Shown piece by piece: positions 9,881 through 21,742 of a stretch of DNA of 64,000 nucleotides (position 1 is the stretch's first letter; the number at the start of each line of letters is the position of its first letter). The notes beneath the pieces are model-generated. The model worked only from the letters and a program-made list of their open reading frames with translations, was not told where the DNA came from and searched no databases. Source of the DNA: Heteronotia binoei (taxonomy: Eukaryota); assembly GCF_032191835.1 (NCBI RefSeq), contig NC_083240.1:25482001-25546000 (forward strand), given 5' to 3'. Position numbers and translations under genes: made by a program.

Positions 9881-12800
9881 CGTTACTTAGGGATGCCACT
9901 CTTCAGATGGGGCCCGGAGATCTCCCGTAATTACAACTCATATCCAGGCTATAGAGATCAGTTCCCCTGGAGAAATTGGCGACATTAAGGGCAGACTCTA
10001 TATATGCTGCTGAGGTCTCTTCCATCCTCACGTTGTACCCTCCCCAAGCTGGTTGTTAGTAGGGTTTCCAGCCTCCAGGTGGGGCCTGGAGATCACCCAC
10101 TTTTATAACTGATCTCCAGCTAAAAGAGATCAGTTCCTCTTGGTAAAATGCCTGCTTTGAAGGGCCCCTCCCCAAACCCCGCCCTCTCCTGGATCCACCC
10201 TCAAAGTCTCCAGGTATTTTGCATCACAGATCTGGCTACCCTAGTGGTTAGGATTGCCAGCTTCGGGTTGGGAAATACCTGGAGATTTGGGGGGTGGAGC
10301 CTGAGGAGGGTGAGTCTGTGGAGAGGAGGAACTTAAGTGGATTTAATACCATTGAGTCCACCTTCCAAAGCTGCCATTTTCTCTAGGTGAACTGATCTGT
10401 GTTGCCTGGAGGGTAGCTGTAATAGAAGATCTTCAGCCACCACCTGGAGGTTGGCAACCCCCGAAGTGGTGCTGGTGGAATGTGCAGTCAAGTCACAGCC
10501 AAGTTATGGCGATGCTGTAGGGTTTTCAAGGGAAGAGATGTTCAAAGGTGGTTTGTCATTGCCTGCCCTGGTATAGCAACCCTGGCTACAGCCCTGAATC
10601 TCCAGGAATTTCTGCACCTGGAGTTGGCAACCCCATTTGGTCTCCTTGTTTTGCCTCACCTCCCTCCAAAATTCAATTATTTTCTGTTAGAAGCCAAGAA
10701 ACCAATAAATGGGGGGCGTGACTTGCAAAAGAAATAATATATATTTTTTCTTCCTGTTACATTTTTTGTACAGTTAAATATCTTGACGCCTGGGAATTTA
10801 CATTCCCAGTTAGTGGTAGCTTCTGCTGACTGAATTTCTGGGGTTGGATGTTCCAAAGACTTTGTTGTTGTTGTTTAGGTTGTTCTTGTTATACTTCCAG
10901 GAAACACATGCATTCTTCCCAGTTCCCGCTGCTGTCAGCAGAGCTATTATTTAGGTATATGATTCTCTCTCTCCTCTTCACAACAACTACTCGTGAGGTA
11001 GAACAGGCTGAGAATATACTGGCATATAATAAATGAAAAAGTTTTGTACTGGAATACAGATTTGAACCAGTGTAGCTCTTAACTGCTACACTGTGCCAGC
11101 TCTGAAATTAAACCTTTGCCTTTGATTTAAATCCTTCTCTCACCAGGCAGACAAGATGAAAACCTGGTACAGCTCTCTGGTGGGAAGTTCCAAATGGGGA
11201 CAAGCTTATTCGATAACAAAAGTGAAGACGGGCCCCCCAGGGAGGTGACGGTCAAGCCATTTCTGATGGACAAATATCCAGTCAGCAACAGAGATTTCCG
11301 GTAAGGGCCAGACTCCATATTTGCTTGCTTCGCGGATGAAATGGACTGGGAATTGCAGTTGAAATGCTGCAAATCCTGTGTACTGACAGTTGTTCCATTT
11401 TATGTAGCACTTGAGAGGAGACAAGGTGCTTTGCGTAGGTAAATTCACTCATCCCTACGGTAGGCCTGTAAGGGAGACTGGTATCGTTAGTCCCCAGGGG
11501 GAGTAGAAACTGATGACTATTTGACTAATGATCCATTTGGCATAGTATGTAGAAAGAATGCTGATATTTTTAATGGGAAGGGTGGTTGCATTAATGTCAG
11601 TGACAGTCTGTGATGGAAGATATTGCTGACACCGGGGTGGCCACACTGTGGCTCAGGAGCCATATGTGGCTCTTCCACACATATTGTGCAGTTCTCAAAG
11701 CCCCACTGGCCCAACCGCCAGCTTGGAGAAGGCATTTCTCTTTAAATCGCTTCAAGCCAGCCAGCAACTTGGATAATACATTTAAAGTCAAAATTGCTTT
11801 CTTTCCCNNNNNNNNNNNNNNNNNNNNNNNNNNNNNNNNNNNNNNNNNNNNNNNNNNNNNNNNNNNNNNNNNNNNNNNNNNNNNNNNNNNNNNNNNNNNN
11901 NNNNNNNNNNNNNNNNNNNNNNNNNNNNNNNNNNNNNNNNNNNNNNNNNNNNNNNNNNNNNNNNNNNNNNNNNNNNNTCTGACATTCATGTCTTGTGGCT
12001 CTCAAACATCTAACATTTATTCTATGTGACTCCTATGTTATGCAAGTTTGGCCACCCCTATGCTGACATCTACTTGAAATTCTGGTGAGGATTGAACCTG
12101 GTGTCTCTTTGCATGCATGGCTGGTGATCTTCAGTTCTTATGCTCTTTCCGCTCCTTGCTACCTCAGGAGTTCAGGTCAGGTAAAAGGTAAAGGTAGCCA
12201 CCTGTGCAAGCACTAGTCGTTTCTGACTCTGGGGTGATGTCACATCACGACGTTTGCACGGCAGATTATTTTATGGGGTGGTTTGCTATTGTTTTCCCCA
12301 GTCATCTACACTTTACCCCCAGCAAGCTGGGTACTCATTTTACCAACCTCAGAAGGATGGAAGGCTGAGTCAACCTTGACCAGGATCGAACTCAGATGGC
12401 AAGCAGAGCTTACCTTTTGGACACTGGGCTATTAAGCTGTTTACCAGTCATTAATGTATGACACTTAGATGACTTTGAGTGCAACACATTAGAATGAGAA
12501 TTTGTGGAAGATGAAATCTGTAGAAGCCAGTGGGATGAAACCACTGGGGAAATAAAGAGAGGATGGCTCAAGCCGTTGAGAAGTCAGTCTGCTTTGGTGG
12601 TTGGTGCGAGATATTGCTGCTGGATGAGGAAAAGGGTCGGAAGACTTCTAAATGTTGTACCACCAGATCTTAACATGGGGGAGGCGGGTGTTTGTATTTG
12701 GCAACAGGGAGTTTGTGCAAGATCAGAAGTACAAAACGGAAGCAGAGGAGTTTGGATGGAGTTTCGTTTTTGAGGATTTTGTACCTGAAAATCTTAAGAA

Positions 12801-15800
12801 GAAAGTGACACAAAAACTGGAGGTAAAAAATAGCACTGGAGATGAATGTCATCCTTTAGGATATGATCTGCGCAAAACTGAGGCTAATCTGTGTGGCAGT
12901 TTTTATTACTTTCAATGCAAATAAAATACTGATAGCAAGATGTGTTCTAACTGTGACTCCTCCACTGCCTTCCAGCCATTGGCAGAGCTACTGTGATGTC
13001 ACAGAAGGCTCACAAATTCTAAATCTGTAAGGCACAAACTCATTGACTGAATGCTGAAATTCTCTGTAGATGATGGGGGGGAAATAGAAATATAGGACTG
13101 CAGGGATCACATAATGAGGGAAAGGGTTGGGAGTGATGCCTCTTACCCAAAAGAAAAGCTTAATTATTTCAAATGCTAAACTTCCTTCTGAGACAATAGG
13201 ACAGAAAAAAGGCATCTTCATATAAATGTCTGTTGCTGCTCACTTAAAACAATAAAACAGGAAAGGTGAGCATTGAGCAATGGGATGGAGGATGGAGGCT
13301 TAGATGCAGCAAGGCTAAGTTTGCTTGGGAAAGGGGTTAGGTACACTCTTCTCCTCCCCCCACCCCGGGTTTAAATTCTGCCCCAATGTAAGTCTAATCT
13401 GCATAATCAATTTGAATGAAGACGAGGCTTTTCAGGACCCCCTAGCTACAAGGCAACCACATTTGGCAACACCTCTGGCTTTAGAGACTCACCAGCTGCT
13501 GCTTGTGCCCTCTGAATCGGAGTGTCAAAATGGGGAGGGACGGTGGCTCAGCTTCATATGTTCATATTTGCTATGAGGACCAGATCTTGACCTTGTCAGA
13601 CTGAGCCATGTGTCATAAAATGCAGGGCATTTTTTTTTTAGCAGGAACGCAGTTCCGGCTGGCTTGGCGGCACTGGGTGTGGCATAATATACAAATGAGT
13701 TCCTCCTGGCCTTTCCCCACAAAAAACCCTGTGTGAAACAATGGTGACATCAGGGGGGTGTGGCCTAATATGCAAATGAGTTCCTGCTGGGAATTTTCTA
13801 CAAAAAAAGCCCTGATAAAATGTAATGCAAGGTCATGGAGATATAAACTTTATAAAGGATACAGACAAACAAACACACTCAGCCTAATCCATCTCATTGG
13901 CTTGCTGAGCTTCAGCCAAGAGAGGCTTGGCTCAGTAGCTCTGCTGTGCAATTGAGAGAGCCTGGTAAAGCTACCTCTCCTTCCCCCACTTCCTTCATAA
14001 GGGGGGAGCTTTGCTCCTGTGCAAGCCTGGCAAAGCAAGTTGTGAAGCAGAAGGAAGCAAGAGAGGGAGAAGGAAGCAGATGACAGTGAGTTGCTCATGG
14101 TCCTGATAAGAAGCCCTCTGGGGGCCTGATTTGGCCCCTGGGCTGCATGTTTGACATCCCTGCTCCAAATCAACTTGCTGGTTTGTTTTGTTTTTGTAAA
14201 GGAAAACTAAGTTTTTGTGGTGGTCTGCACACTGGCATCCAATCACAGCAGAGAGATGGGCTTCTGCTTCCCCCTTAAATTTCCCTTTTCAGGCTGTTTT
14301 TTAACAATGCAATTTCTTTAAAAATGTAGACAGAATGTTGTTATTCTTAATGGGAAGGGTGGTTGTATTAATGCCAAGTGACAGTTTTACTTGTCTTAAA
14401 CCCACTTGTACTTCTCCTTTCAGTCTGCACCTTGGTGGCTTCCTATAGAGAAAGCATTTTGGAGACAGGTGAGCGAAACCAAGGGGTAAGGGAAGTCCTG
14501 GAAAACTTTGTGGATACTGAATTCATAGCCCAAACTGTGATTCACAAATGGTCATGCTGAAAGTTCAGTGGTAGGATTGGGATTTGCCATGCAGAAAACC
14601 TGGACTCAGATCCCAGATAGTGCAAAGTTAATTTTGGGAACAGGTTGTGGCCTGATTCCTGATTCAGTCTCCAGTGTCTCCACTCAATGGAGCATGAGAT
14701 GGCAAAACCCTTTTTCTACCTAAGACCTTAGAGAGCTGCAGCCAGATAGAGGAGACAATGGCTAGATCAACCTTTGGAATCCAGACGCAGTGTGATGGGG
14801 ATACCACAAAATGGCTGCCACACACATAGAAGAAGCCTCAGTAAAGGGAAAACAAGAAGTAATTTAGAAATACTCTAGGAAAGAGAAGTGGGAGAAAATA
14901 AAACCAACATGGTGGCAGCTGCTGCTGAAACATTATTTTAATTCGCACAGCCAATTGGTTCTCCAGTGGCCAGTCAGAAGCCCCTGCTGGGTAACAGCCC
15001 CCACTTGTCCTCACCCACTTCCTAAAACACTTGGTGGGCACCATGTTGGGGACCCTTGGGTAGATGAACTGAGGGTCTGATTTAATATAAGGCAGCTGTA
15101 TATCAAAGAGAGGCGATATCTTGTAATGTTTAGAATGTCGGCTTAGGGCTTGGAAGACAAGTTCAAATCCTTACTCAGCTTGGAGGCTCACTGGCTACCT
15201 TAGGACCAGTTTCTCACTCTTGGCTTAACGTATCTCACAGGGTAATGCACACTGGGAGAACTATGAAGAAGAAGATATTGGATTTATATCCCGCCCTCCA
15301 CTCTGAATCTTAGAGTCTCAGAGTGGCTTACAATCTCCTTTATCTTCTTCCCCTACAACAGACACCCTGTGAAGTAGGTGGGACTGAGAAACCTCTCCCA
15401 GGAGCTACCCTTTCAAAGACAGCTCTGTGAGAGTTATAACTGATCCAAGGCCATTCCAACAGGTGCAAGTGGAGGAGTGGGGAATCCAGTTCTCCCAGAT
15501 AAGAGTCCGCACGCTTAACCACTACATCAGACTGGCTCTCAAACTGGCTGTCTTGAACTCTTCAGAGATGAGGCAGGATGGAAATGTGACATAATTTGAG
15601 GAGTGCTATGGATCAGTGACATAATGCCTGCTTTGCATGCAGAAGGTCCCTAGTTCGATCCCTGACATTTCCCACTGAGCAGCAGGGGTTGAGAAAAGTC
15701 CTTTTTCTGCCTGAGCATGTGGAGGGCAGCTACCAAATCTAACAATACTAAGCTAAAGAGATGGATGGGCTGAGCTTGTATAAGGCAGCTTCACCTCTTT

Positions 15801-18800
15801 GCACAGACCAAAAAACATAGCCTCCAACTTGTGCTATACTGATGCTGTGAACAGATGCCCAACCTGCTCAGAGAAATTCCCATCAGCCTGCAGGTCCTGG
15901 ATCTGGCATCAAGGACAAGCTGGACTACCCAGTGTTGCACGTGAGCTGGAATGACGCCAGAGCCTTTTGCGCATGGAAAGGGAAGAGGCTTCCATCAGAA
16001 GCGGAGTGGGAGTTTGCCGCCCGGGGAGGACTGGAGAGTACGTAAGCAAGGGCCCTAGAGGGCCTCTGAGGCTCTGCCAGGGCTGTGCCAATCCCATAGA
16101 AAAACAACCAAGGCTAGATGTGTTGATAAGACATTGGTGGCCCAAACAGACTGATGCCTTGCCCCTTTGAATATGGTTTTTCCAGTTGCAGCTCCTTCCT
16201 TGTGCATTGTTCATTTCTGCAGAACAGTGTTACGGGGAGAGGGCTGCAGTCAGGAACCCTTCCGTTTTTGATTTTTTGTAGCATCTGCTGCTATATAGCC
16301 TTACTTTAACTATGACTTAAAACAAAGGCAGTTAAAACCAGGAGAATTCATTGGAACACTGTAAAAATGAAGCACATGTACAACCATCAAAAGCATGCAG
16401 ATGAGCAGACTAACTTTCATCTTGCTATATCCTTGGAGCCCACTCCACAGCCAACCCTTGAAAAATGATACACATTTTTTTTTGAGGATGCACATTCAGT
16501 ACAGGCTTCAGCTTTGTGTTCCAAAAGACATAAGCCAACTGAGATGCCCAGACCAAAATATGTCTCCTTTATAAATCGTCTGGCATTCTTTTAAGGAGCT
16601 TACTAGCAAGCTGTGGTGCCAGCTCTGGGTTGGGAAATACCTGGAGATTTGGGGGGTGGAGCCTGGGGAGGGTGGAGTTTGGAGAGGGGATGGGCCTCAG
16701 CAGGGTGTAATGCCAGAGAGTCCACCCTCCAAAGCAGCAGTTTTCTCCAGGGGAACTGGTCTTGGTCGTTTGGAGATCCATTGTAATAGCAGAAGATCTC
16801 CAAGTACCATCTGAAGGTTGGGAACCCTAGTAGAAAGAGAAGAATTTCCCTGCTGGTAGATAACCATGTTAAGTAAGAGAGCAGGAATCTTAGCTGCTCA
16901 GAGATGGGCTAATATGTTTTCTCTCTCTTCCCCATTTTTGGTAGACAGGCTGTATCCTTGGGGAAACAAATTCCTGACAAACCGCACAAACCTGTGGCAG
17001 GTAGGAATACAGAACCTGTTGTGACACTGAAAGTGTTGATCTCTTTGTCCTCATTCTTGGAGGTGTCTGGTTTAACCACTATGCAAAAGATGATGCTGGA
17101 CGTGATGGTTATTCATTTGAAACCTATGGGGCTGATTCTTATGACCAAAACATCAGGCCAAGTTTAGTCCTTGGCAGTGAGATCCACATAACATCGCCCC
17201 CCTCCCCATTTTTCTTTTTCCTGCTCCCAGGGGAAGATCAAAAAAACTAGAAGCCTACCTTTATGTCACTTACTTCCCAGTTTCTGGGCTGGGAAGATGG
17301 GGAGAATCTAACCAATGCTCCCTCTAAGCTGTGGAGTCTTATGAGCAAAAATGCTACTTTGTGTGCTACTGGCATTAAAGTTTTGAGTGAGTGATTTGGC
17401 TGCTGTATAAATTAGTTTGCTCTGGGGCCATTTTTCCTGAGATAAGACAAAAATGTGTGAGCCGGAGGCTAAAAATCTGTGAGCTGGCTCATGCTAACTC
17501 AGCTTAGAGGGAATACTGATCCTAACCCTGGTCTGGATTGTTTTTGATTATGGTGCATTCTGACTTTTAAAAGCTTGGGTTCCAGATTAGCTGGTTTGTG
17601 TGCAGTCCACGTTGAGAGCCATCTGGGACATGTGTTTGGAATGTTAACATAAGTCCAAGGAGATTTTGCTTTCTCTTCTCCCATCATGCACACTTGGTCC
17701 TATTTGCCCCCCAGGGTTCATTGGAGATAAAATGGGGGAAACAATGCTATATGCCTCCCTGAGATCTTGGAGGAAAGGTGGGTGGAAAACATGAAAGACG
17801 GCTTCCTTAAACTGTTTTTTGGGACCAGTTTTCCCCTGCATCACAGCATGGGGGAGGAGACCTCAGGATCTTTTGCAACCATCACAGAGCACACCGGTAT
17901 GAATTATGAACCCTCCCTCAGCTCTACTAGGAATATTAATGGCCCAAGTGGCAGTTAGCTACCTTGTGCAATTGAGACAGCCTAAATTGTTTGCGAGAAG
18001 ATAACCCTCCTTCTTGGCCCGCAGGGCAACTTCCCCGACGCGGACACAGCTGAAGATGGCTACCACGGAGTTTCCCCAGTGGCAGCATTCCCTCCGCAAA
18101 ACAGCTATGGTAAGGAAGCCTTTCTTTGACCTCAGGCAGTGACCATGTGCAGGTATATTCTGGGTGGTATCCAATATAAGTTGTTATAGAAAAGGTCGCA
18201 GAGCATTTGTTTTTTTTCTTTTCTTTTTGTGTTTGTGTGCACGCACATGGCTGGAAGTCATGGTGAATTCTAGTGACCCCTACTGGTGCATGGAGGATGT
18301 TCAGAGAAGTGGCCTGATACAGCCTGCCTCTGCCTCCCGGTCCTGGTATTCCAGCTATGTCTCCCAACTTGCCAGGGTTGGCCCTGCTTAGCTTCTGAGA
18401 TCTGATGAGATCAGGCTTGCCTGGGCTGTTCGGGTCAGAACAATGGGGTGAAGTGGAACACTACAGTCCTGCTCTCTGGAACTCCGGCTCTTTCCTCTGA
18501 AGCCCTTCAGCCTTGTCTGACTTCTTGAAGGTGTTCCTGAAGCTCAGATTTAGAGCATCTGTTTTGTGTGCAGAAAGTTCTCCTGGGTTAAAAAGAATCT
18601 CACGTAGCAAGGCTGAGAGAGACTTCCCTGTCAGGGACCCTGGAGAGCTACTGTCAGACAGAGGAGACAAGACTAAGGTAGAGAGGCCAACAGTATCATT
18701 TTGTACTTGGCAGTTTTGAGAAGAAGATATTGGATTTATATCCTGCCCTATACTCTGAACCTCAGAGTGGTCACAATATTCTTCTGCCCTGCACATACAC

Positions 18801-20107
18801 CCTGTGATGTAGGTATGGCTGGGAGAGCTCTTCCAGCAACTGCCTTTTCAAGGACAACTCCTACGAGAGCTATGGCTGACCCAAGGCCATTCCAGCAGGT
18901 GCAAGTGGAGGAGTGGGGAATCAAACCTGGTTCTCCCAGATGGTCCACACAACCACTACACCAAACTGGTTCTCAATGAGGGGTTCGTTCTAGCACTGTC
19001 GTCATCATATTTAGGGCTAGGAACTAGAAACGGTGGTTAGGTATGGCAACCCTCGTGGTCAGCTGCTTTCCTGCTAATAGCAAACTTGATGGCTGTCAGT
19101 AGGGGGAATAAAACAGGACCACCCTCAGCAATGTGGAGGTTTCTGCCCATTTGGAAGACTCCCAGGTATGCAGGAGGCCATTAATGTGTAAATCATAAAA
19201 AGAACTGGAAGTTGTCTCTAGCGAATCACCAGCCGTTTCCGTATCTCAGGGATCTGTGACCTGCTAGGAAATACATGGGAATGGACTGCCTCAGCCTATC
19301 GCCCTCCCGGACGCACATCCCGCCAGCCTGCTCAGGAGATGCGTGTCCTGCGGGGAGCTTCTTGGATCGACACGGTGGACGGGACGGCCAATCACAAAGC
19401 TCGGGTGACCACAAGGTGGGTGTAGTCCATGGAAGCTCTTTGCATTGACTTTTTGCTGACTAATTGGTGCCCCATTTCCACCCTCTAGGCCTGACATCGT
19501 CTGTTAGAAGGGGCATTCCACTCAGTACATGAGAAAAACAGGACTGCATCTTTTAAAATGGCACCTGCTTTTCAGGACTTTTGCACATTTCAGGGATGAT
19601 TTTTCTAAGCAACCACAGAAACGTAAAACACTAGATCAGTAAACCAGGGTTCCCCAACATGGTGCTCATCAGAATTTCCCTTGGTGTCCACTGAGCTTTT
19701 TAGAATGTGGGTGGGGCTGTTGTTAGGCAGAGCGCATTATTGGTTTCCCTCCTTCAAATGGAGGAGTTTTCCACTGGAGAAATTAGGACAACTAATAAGT
19801 ACCTGGTTTTTCCTTAGCCACTGTGTAGTTCCATTTTTGTTCAGACTTTCCTTCTTCCCAGGAGATGTTAGGAGGGAGATAGTACATTTGGCTCCACTTC
19901 CTGCAGTGGCCATTTTGGTTTTGGTCCAGCCTCTTCCAGTGGGACCAAAATTCCAAAGGTGCCCACAAGCTCAAAAATGTTAGGGACCCCAGAGCTAATA
20001 CCATTTTATTTCCTAGGATGGGGAACACACCAGACTCTGCCTCAGACAACCTGAGCTTCCGTTGTGCTGCCAGCCTGGAAAGTGTGAGCAAAAACACAGA
20101 ACTCTGA
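9785..20107 (+). CDS. SUMF2: Inactive C-alpha-formylglycine-generating enzyme 2 (pFGE, SUMF2), 9 exons, 316 aa
   Basis: Exons: 9785-9872, 11147-11300, 12708-12822, 14424-14468, 15887-16037, 16945-17000, 18025-18109, 19250-19415, 20017-20107 (TGA); 951 nt in frame. Signal peptide [23 protein letters not shown]. Motifs [77 protein letters not shown]. Lacks the SUMF1 catalytic Cys motif. C-terminus NTEL. Confidence 0.96.
10059..10462. mobile_element. Short TAGGGTTGCCA / TGGCAACCCTA-terminated repeats (hAT-Blackjack-like MITE family, very abundant)
   Basis: Two adjacent copies with (T)AGGGTTGCCA-type ends and shared cores CAGTTCCCCTGGAGAAAATGGCTGCTTTG and CTGGAGATTTGGGGGTGGAGCC. Further copies at ~16600-16830, ~35071-35570, ~37545-38010, ~39965-40190, ~53870-54358, ~55660-55910, ~59790-60020 and ~61770-61950. 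The superfamily is assigned from the TIR only. Confidence 0.55.
11808..11977. other. Assembly gap (170 N) inside a hAT-like element
   Basis: Run of N from 11808 to 11977. Confidence 0.99.
13623..13814. mobile_element. hAT MITE (CAGGGC...GCCCTG) with a perfect 8-bp TSD
   Basis: TIR CAGGGCATTTTTTT / AAAAAAAGCCCTG. TSD ATAAAATG at 13615-13622 and 13815-13822. Confidence 0.85.
15265..15540 (-). mobile_element. Squam3-like (Ther1/MIR-derived) SINE, long gecko-type subfamily
   Basis: (GAA)n tail + ATATTGGATTTATATCCCGCCCTCCAC...TTAACCACTACA; the head has tRNA A/B boxes on the minus strand. Near-identical copies at ~18718-18972, ~23555-23824, ~25192-25432 and ~47508-47787. Confidence 0.75.
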
Positions 20108-20527
20108 AGGGGATTGTCTTCAAACAAGAGCCTTGGATCTTTTCTCCTGTGGAGAACCGTCATGAGAGCGGTGGATTTTAGGGCTGGATCAAGATTCTGC
20201 TGCTCCTAATTGGGACCAAAGACTAGCATGCAATAATGGAAATGTTTCCATTGGTTGTAACATGGACATCAGCATTCTAGGCAGTAACACTGTGGAAAGA
20301 TACCAGAAACAGATCATGGCCGCCAGGTCTGTTTCTGTGGCTCAGGAGCAGAACGATGTATTAAAGAAATTCCAGCTTCTGTGCTTGGCATCTTCTGCTT
20401 GGGCATGGGTAGAGCCACCATTGGTCAGAAGCAACAAAACTGGGCCAGGTGGAGCAGTGGTTAACGGGCCAAAGCGGTGTCATGTGCTGTATCAAATCTT
20501 AAGTATTCTAGGTTGGTTATTCTAGTA

Positions 20528-20712
20528 GGAGGCTGTGGCTCAGTGGCAGAGCCTCTGCTTGGCATGCAGAAGGTCCCAGGTTCAATCCCCGGCATCTCCA
20601 ATTAAAAGGATCAGGCAGCAGGGGATGTGAAAGTCCTCAGCCTGAGACCTTAGAGAGCCACTGCCTGTCTGAATAGACAATACCAGCACAGGTGGACTGA
20701 TGGTCTGAGCCA
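20528..20712 (+). mobile_element. tRNA-derived SINE (Squam2-like) in the SUMF2 3' UTR
   Basis: A box TGGCTCAGTGG, B box GGTTCAATCCC, then body AAAAGGATCAGG...CCTGAGACC...GAGCCACTGCC. Other copies at ~22884-23086, ~23966-24178, ~26354-26572 and ~56818-57027 (-). Confidence 0.7.
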
Positions 20713-20773
20713 TGTGTGTGAGTTGTTCTTCCAGCAGCAAAACCCTGTTGCTCATCAAGACCAAACCATATCC

Positions 20774-20794
20774 AATAAACAAAGCACATTTATT
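20774..20794. terminator. Back-to-back polyadenylation signals for convergent SUMF2 (+) and PHKG1 (-)
   Basis: AATAAA on + at 20774-20779. AATAAA on - (TTTATT on +) at 20789-20794. Confidence 0.45.
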
Positions 20795-21221
20795 GATGTT
20801 TTTGGTAGAAGTTTAGAAAACGGATACATCCCTTTCCCAAGGCACTGTGGTAATAAATAGTAATAAATATTCCAAACCCATTGGCCTTTTGGAGCCAACT
20901 CTAGCCATAACTTTTCTGCACTAAATACGGCAAGGACTCATGCAAAGCAGGGTGGGTGGCATTTTGGCAATGGGGAGCTATGATGGTAACTATTAATGGG
21001 GGGAGGGACTAGCATGCTCTTTTCCTAAGAGCATCTGTCCCTTTAAGAGCTGCGGATTTGGTGAACAGCTAATTGGTGGTTTACCCTTTGGATGTCTCCA
21101 TCTTACAACATGTGATAGAGAAAGTGGTGCTTGTTGAACTTTTGGAGCTGGGTTTCAGAAATGGGGATTAAACTAATTAGGGCAGAACTACAAATACTAT
21201 TTTAACATTAGATAGAACCAA

Positions 21222-21495
21222 GCGGGCAGCCGTGTTGGTCTGAAGCAGTTGAACAAAGCAGGAGTCAAGTTGCACCTCTAAGACCAACCAATTTTTATTT
21301 AGAACGTAAGCTTTCTTGTGCTCTTAAGCACACTTCATCAGACGAGGAATGCGGCACAGTGAGCAAAGCCATTATGTATGGCTTTGCTCACTGTGCTGGA
21401 TTCCTCGTCTGATGAAGTGTGCTTAAGAGCACACGAAAGCTTACGTTCTAGATAAAAATTGGTTGGTCTTAAAGGTGCAACTTGACTCCTGCTTT
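21222..21495. mobile_element. Palindromic Penelope-like non-autonomous element with hammerhead ribozyme cores
   Basis: Arms 21255-21372 and 21378-21495 are near-perfect inverted repeats. + strand: CGT-CTGATGA-A-GTGTGCT-TAAG-AGCACAC-GAAA-G-CTT-ACG at 21406-21445. Confidence 0.75.
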
Positions 21496-21742
21496 ATTTT
21501 AACATTATTTCATTTGGCTGGGGAATATATACCCATTTGCTGTTTCTTCACCCCAAGATCTTAGAACAAAATGGGATAGAGACTGAAACAAAGTGTTTGA
21601 ACAATAGGAGAAGACTTCTGCAATCTGGCTCATTCTGCTATGTATTGGGGTGCTTAATGGAGAAAGTGTATATCACTGCGGGGGAGGTTTTTGCCTTAGC
21701 TGTTAATACATTCAGAGTCCTGTGTTGTCACCGCATTCAGAC

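Noticed and set aside
11597-12029. ORFs containing X runs
   Set aside because: Artefacts of translating through the N gap.
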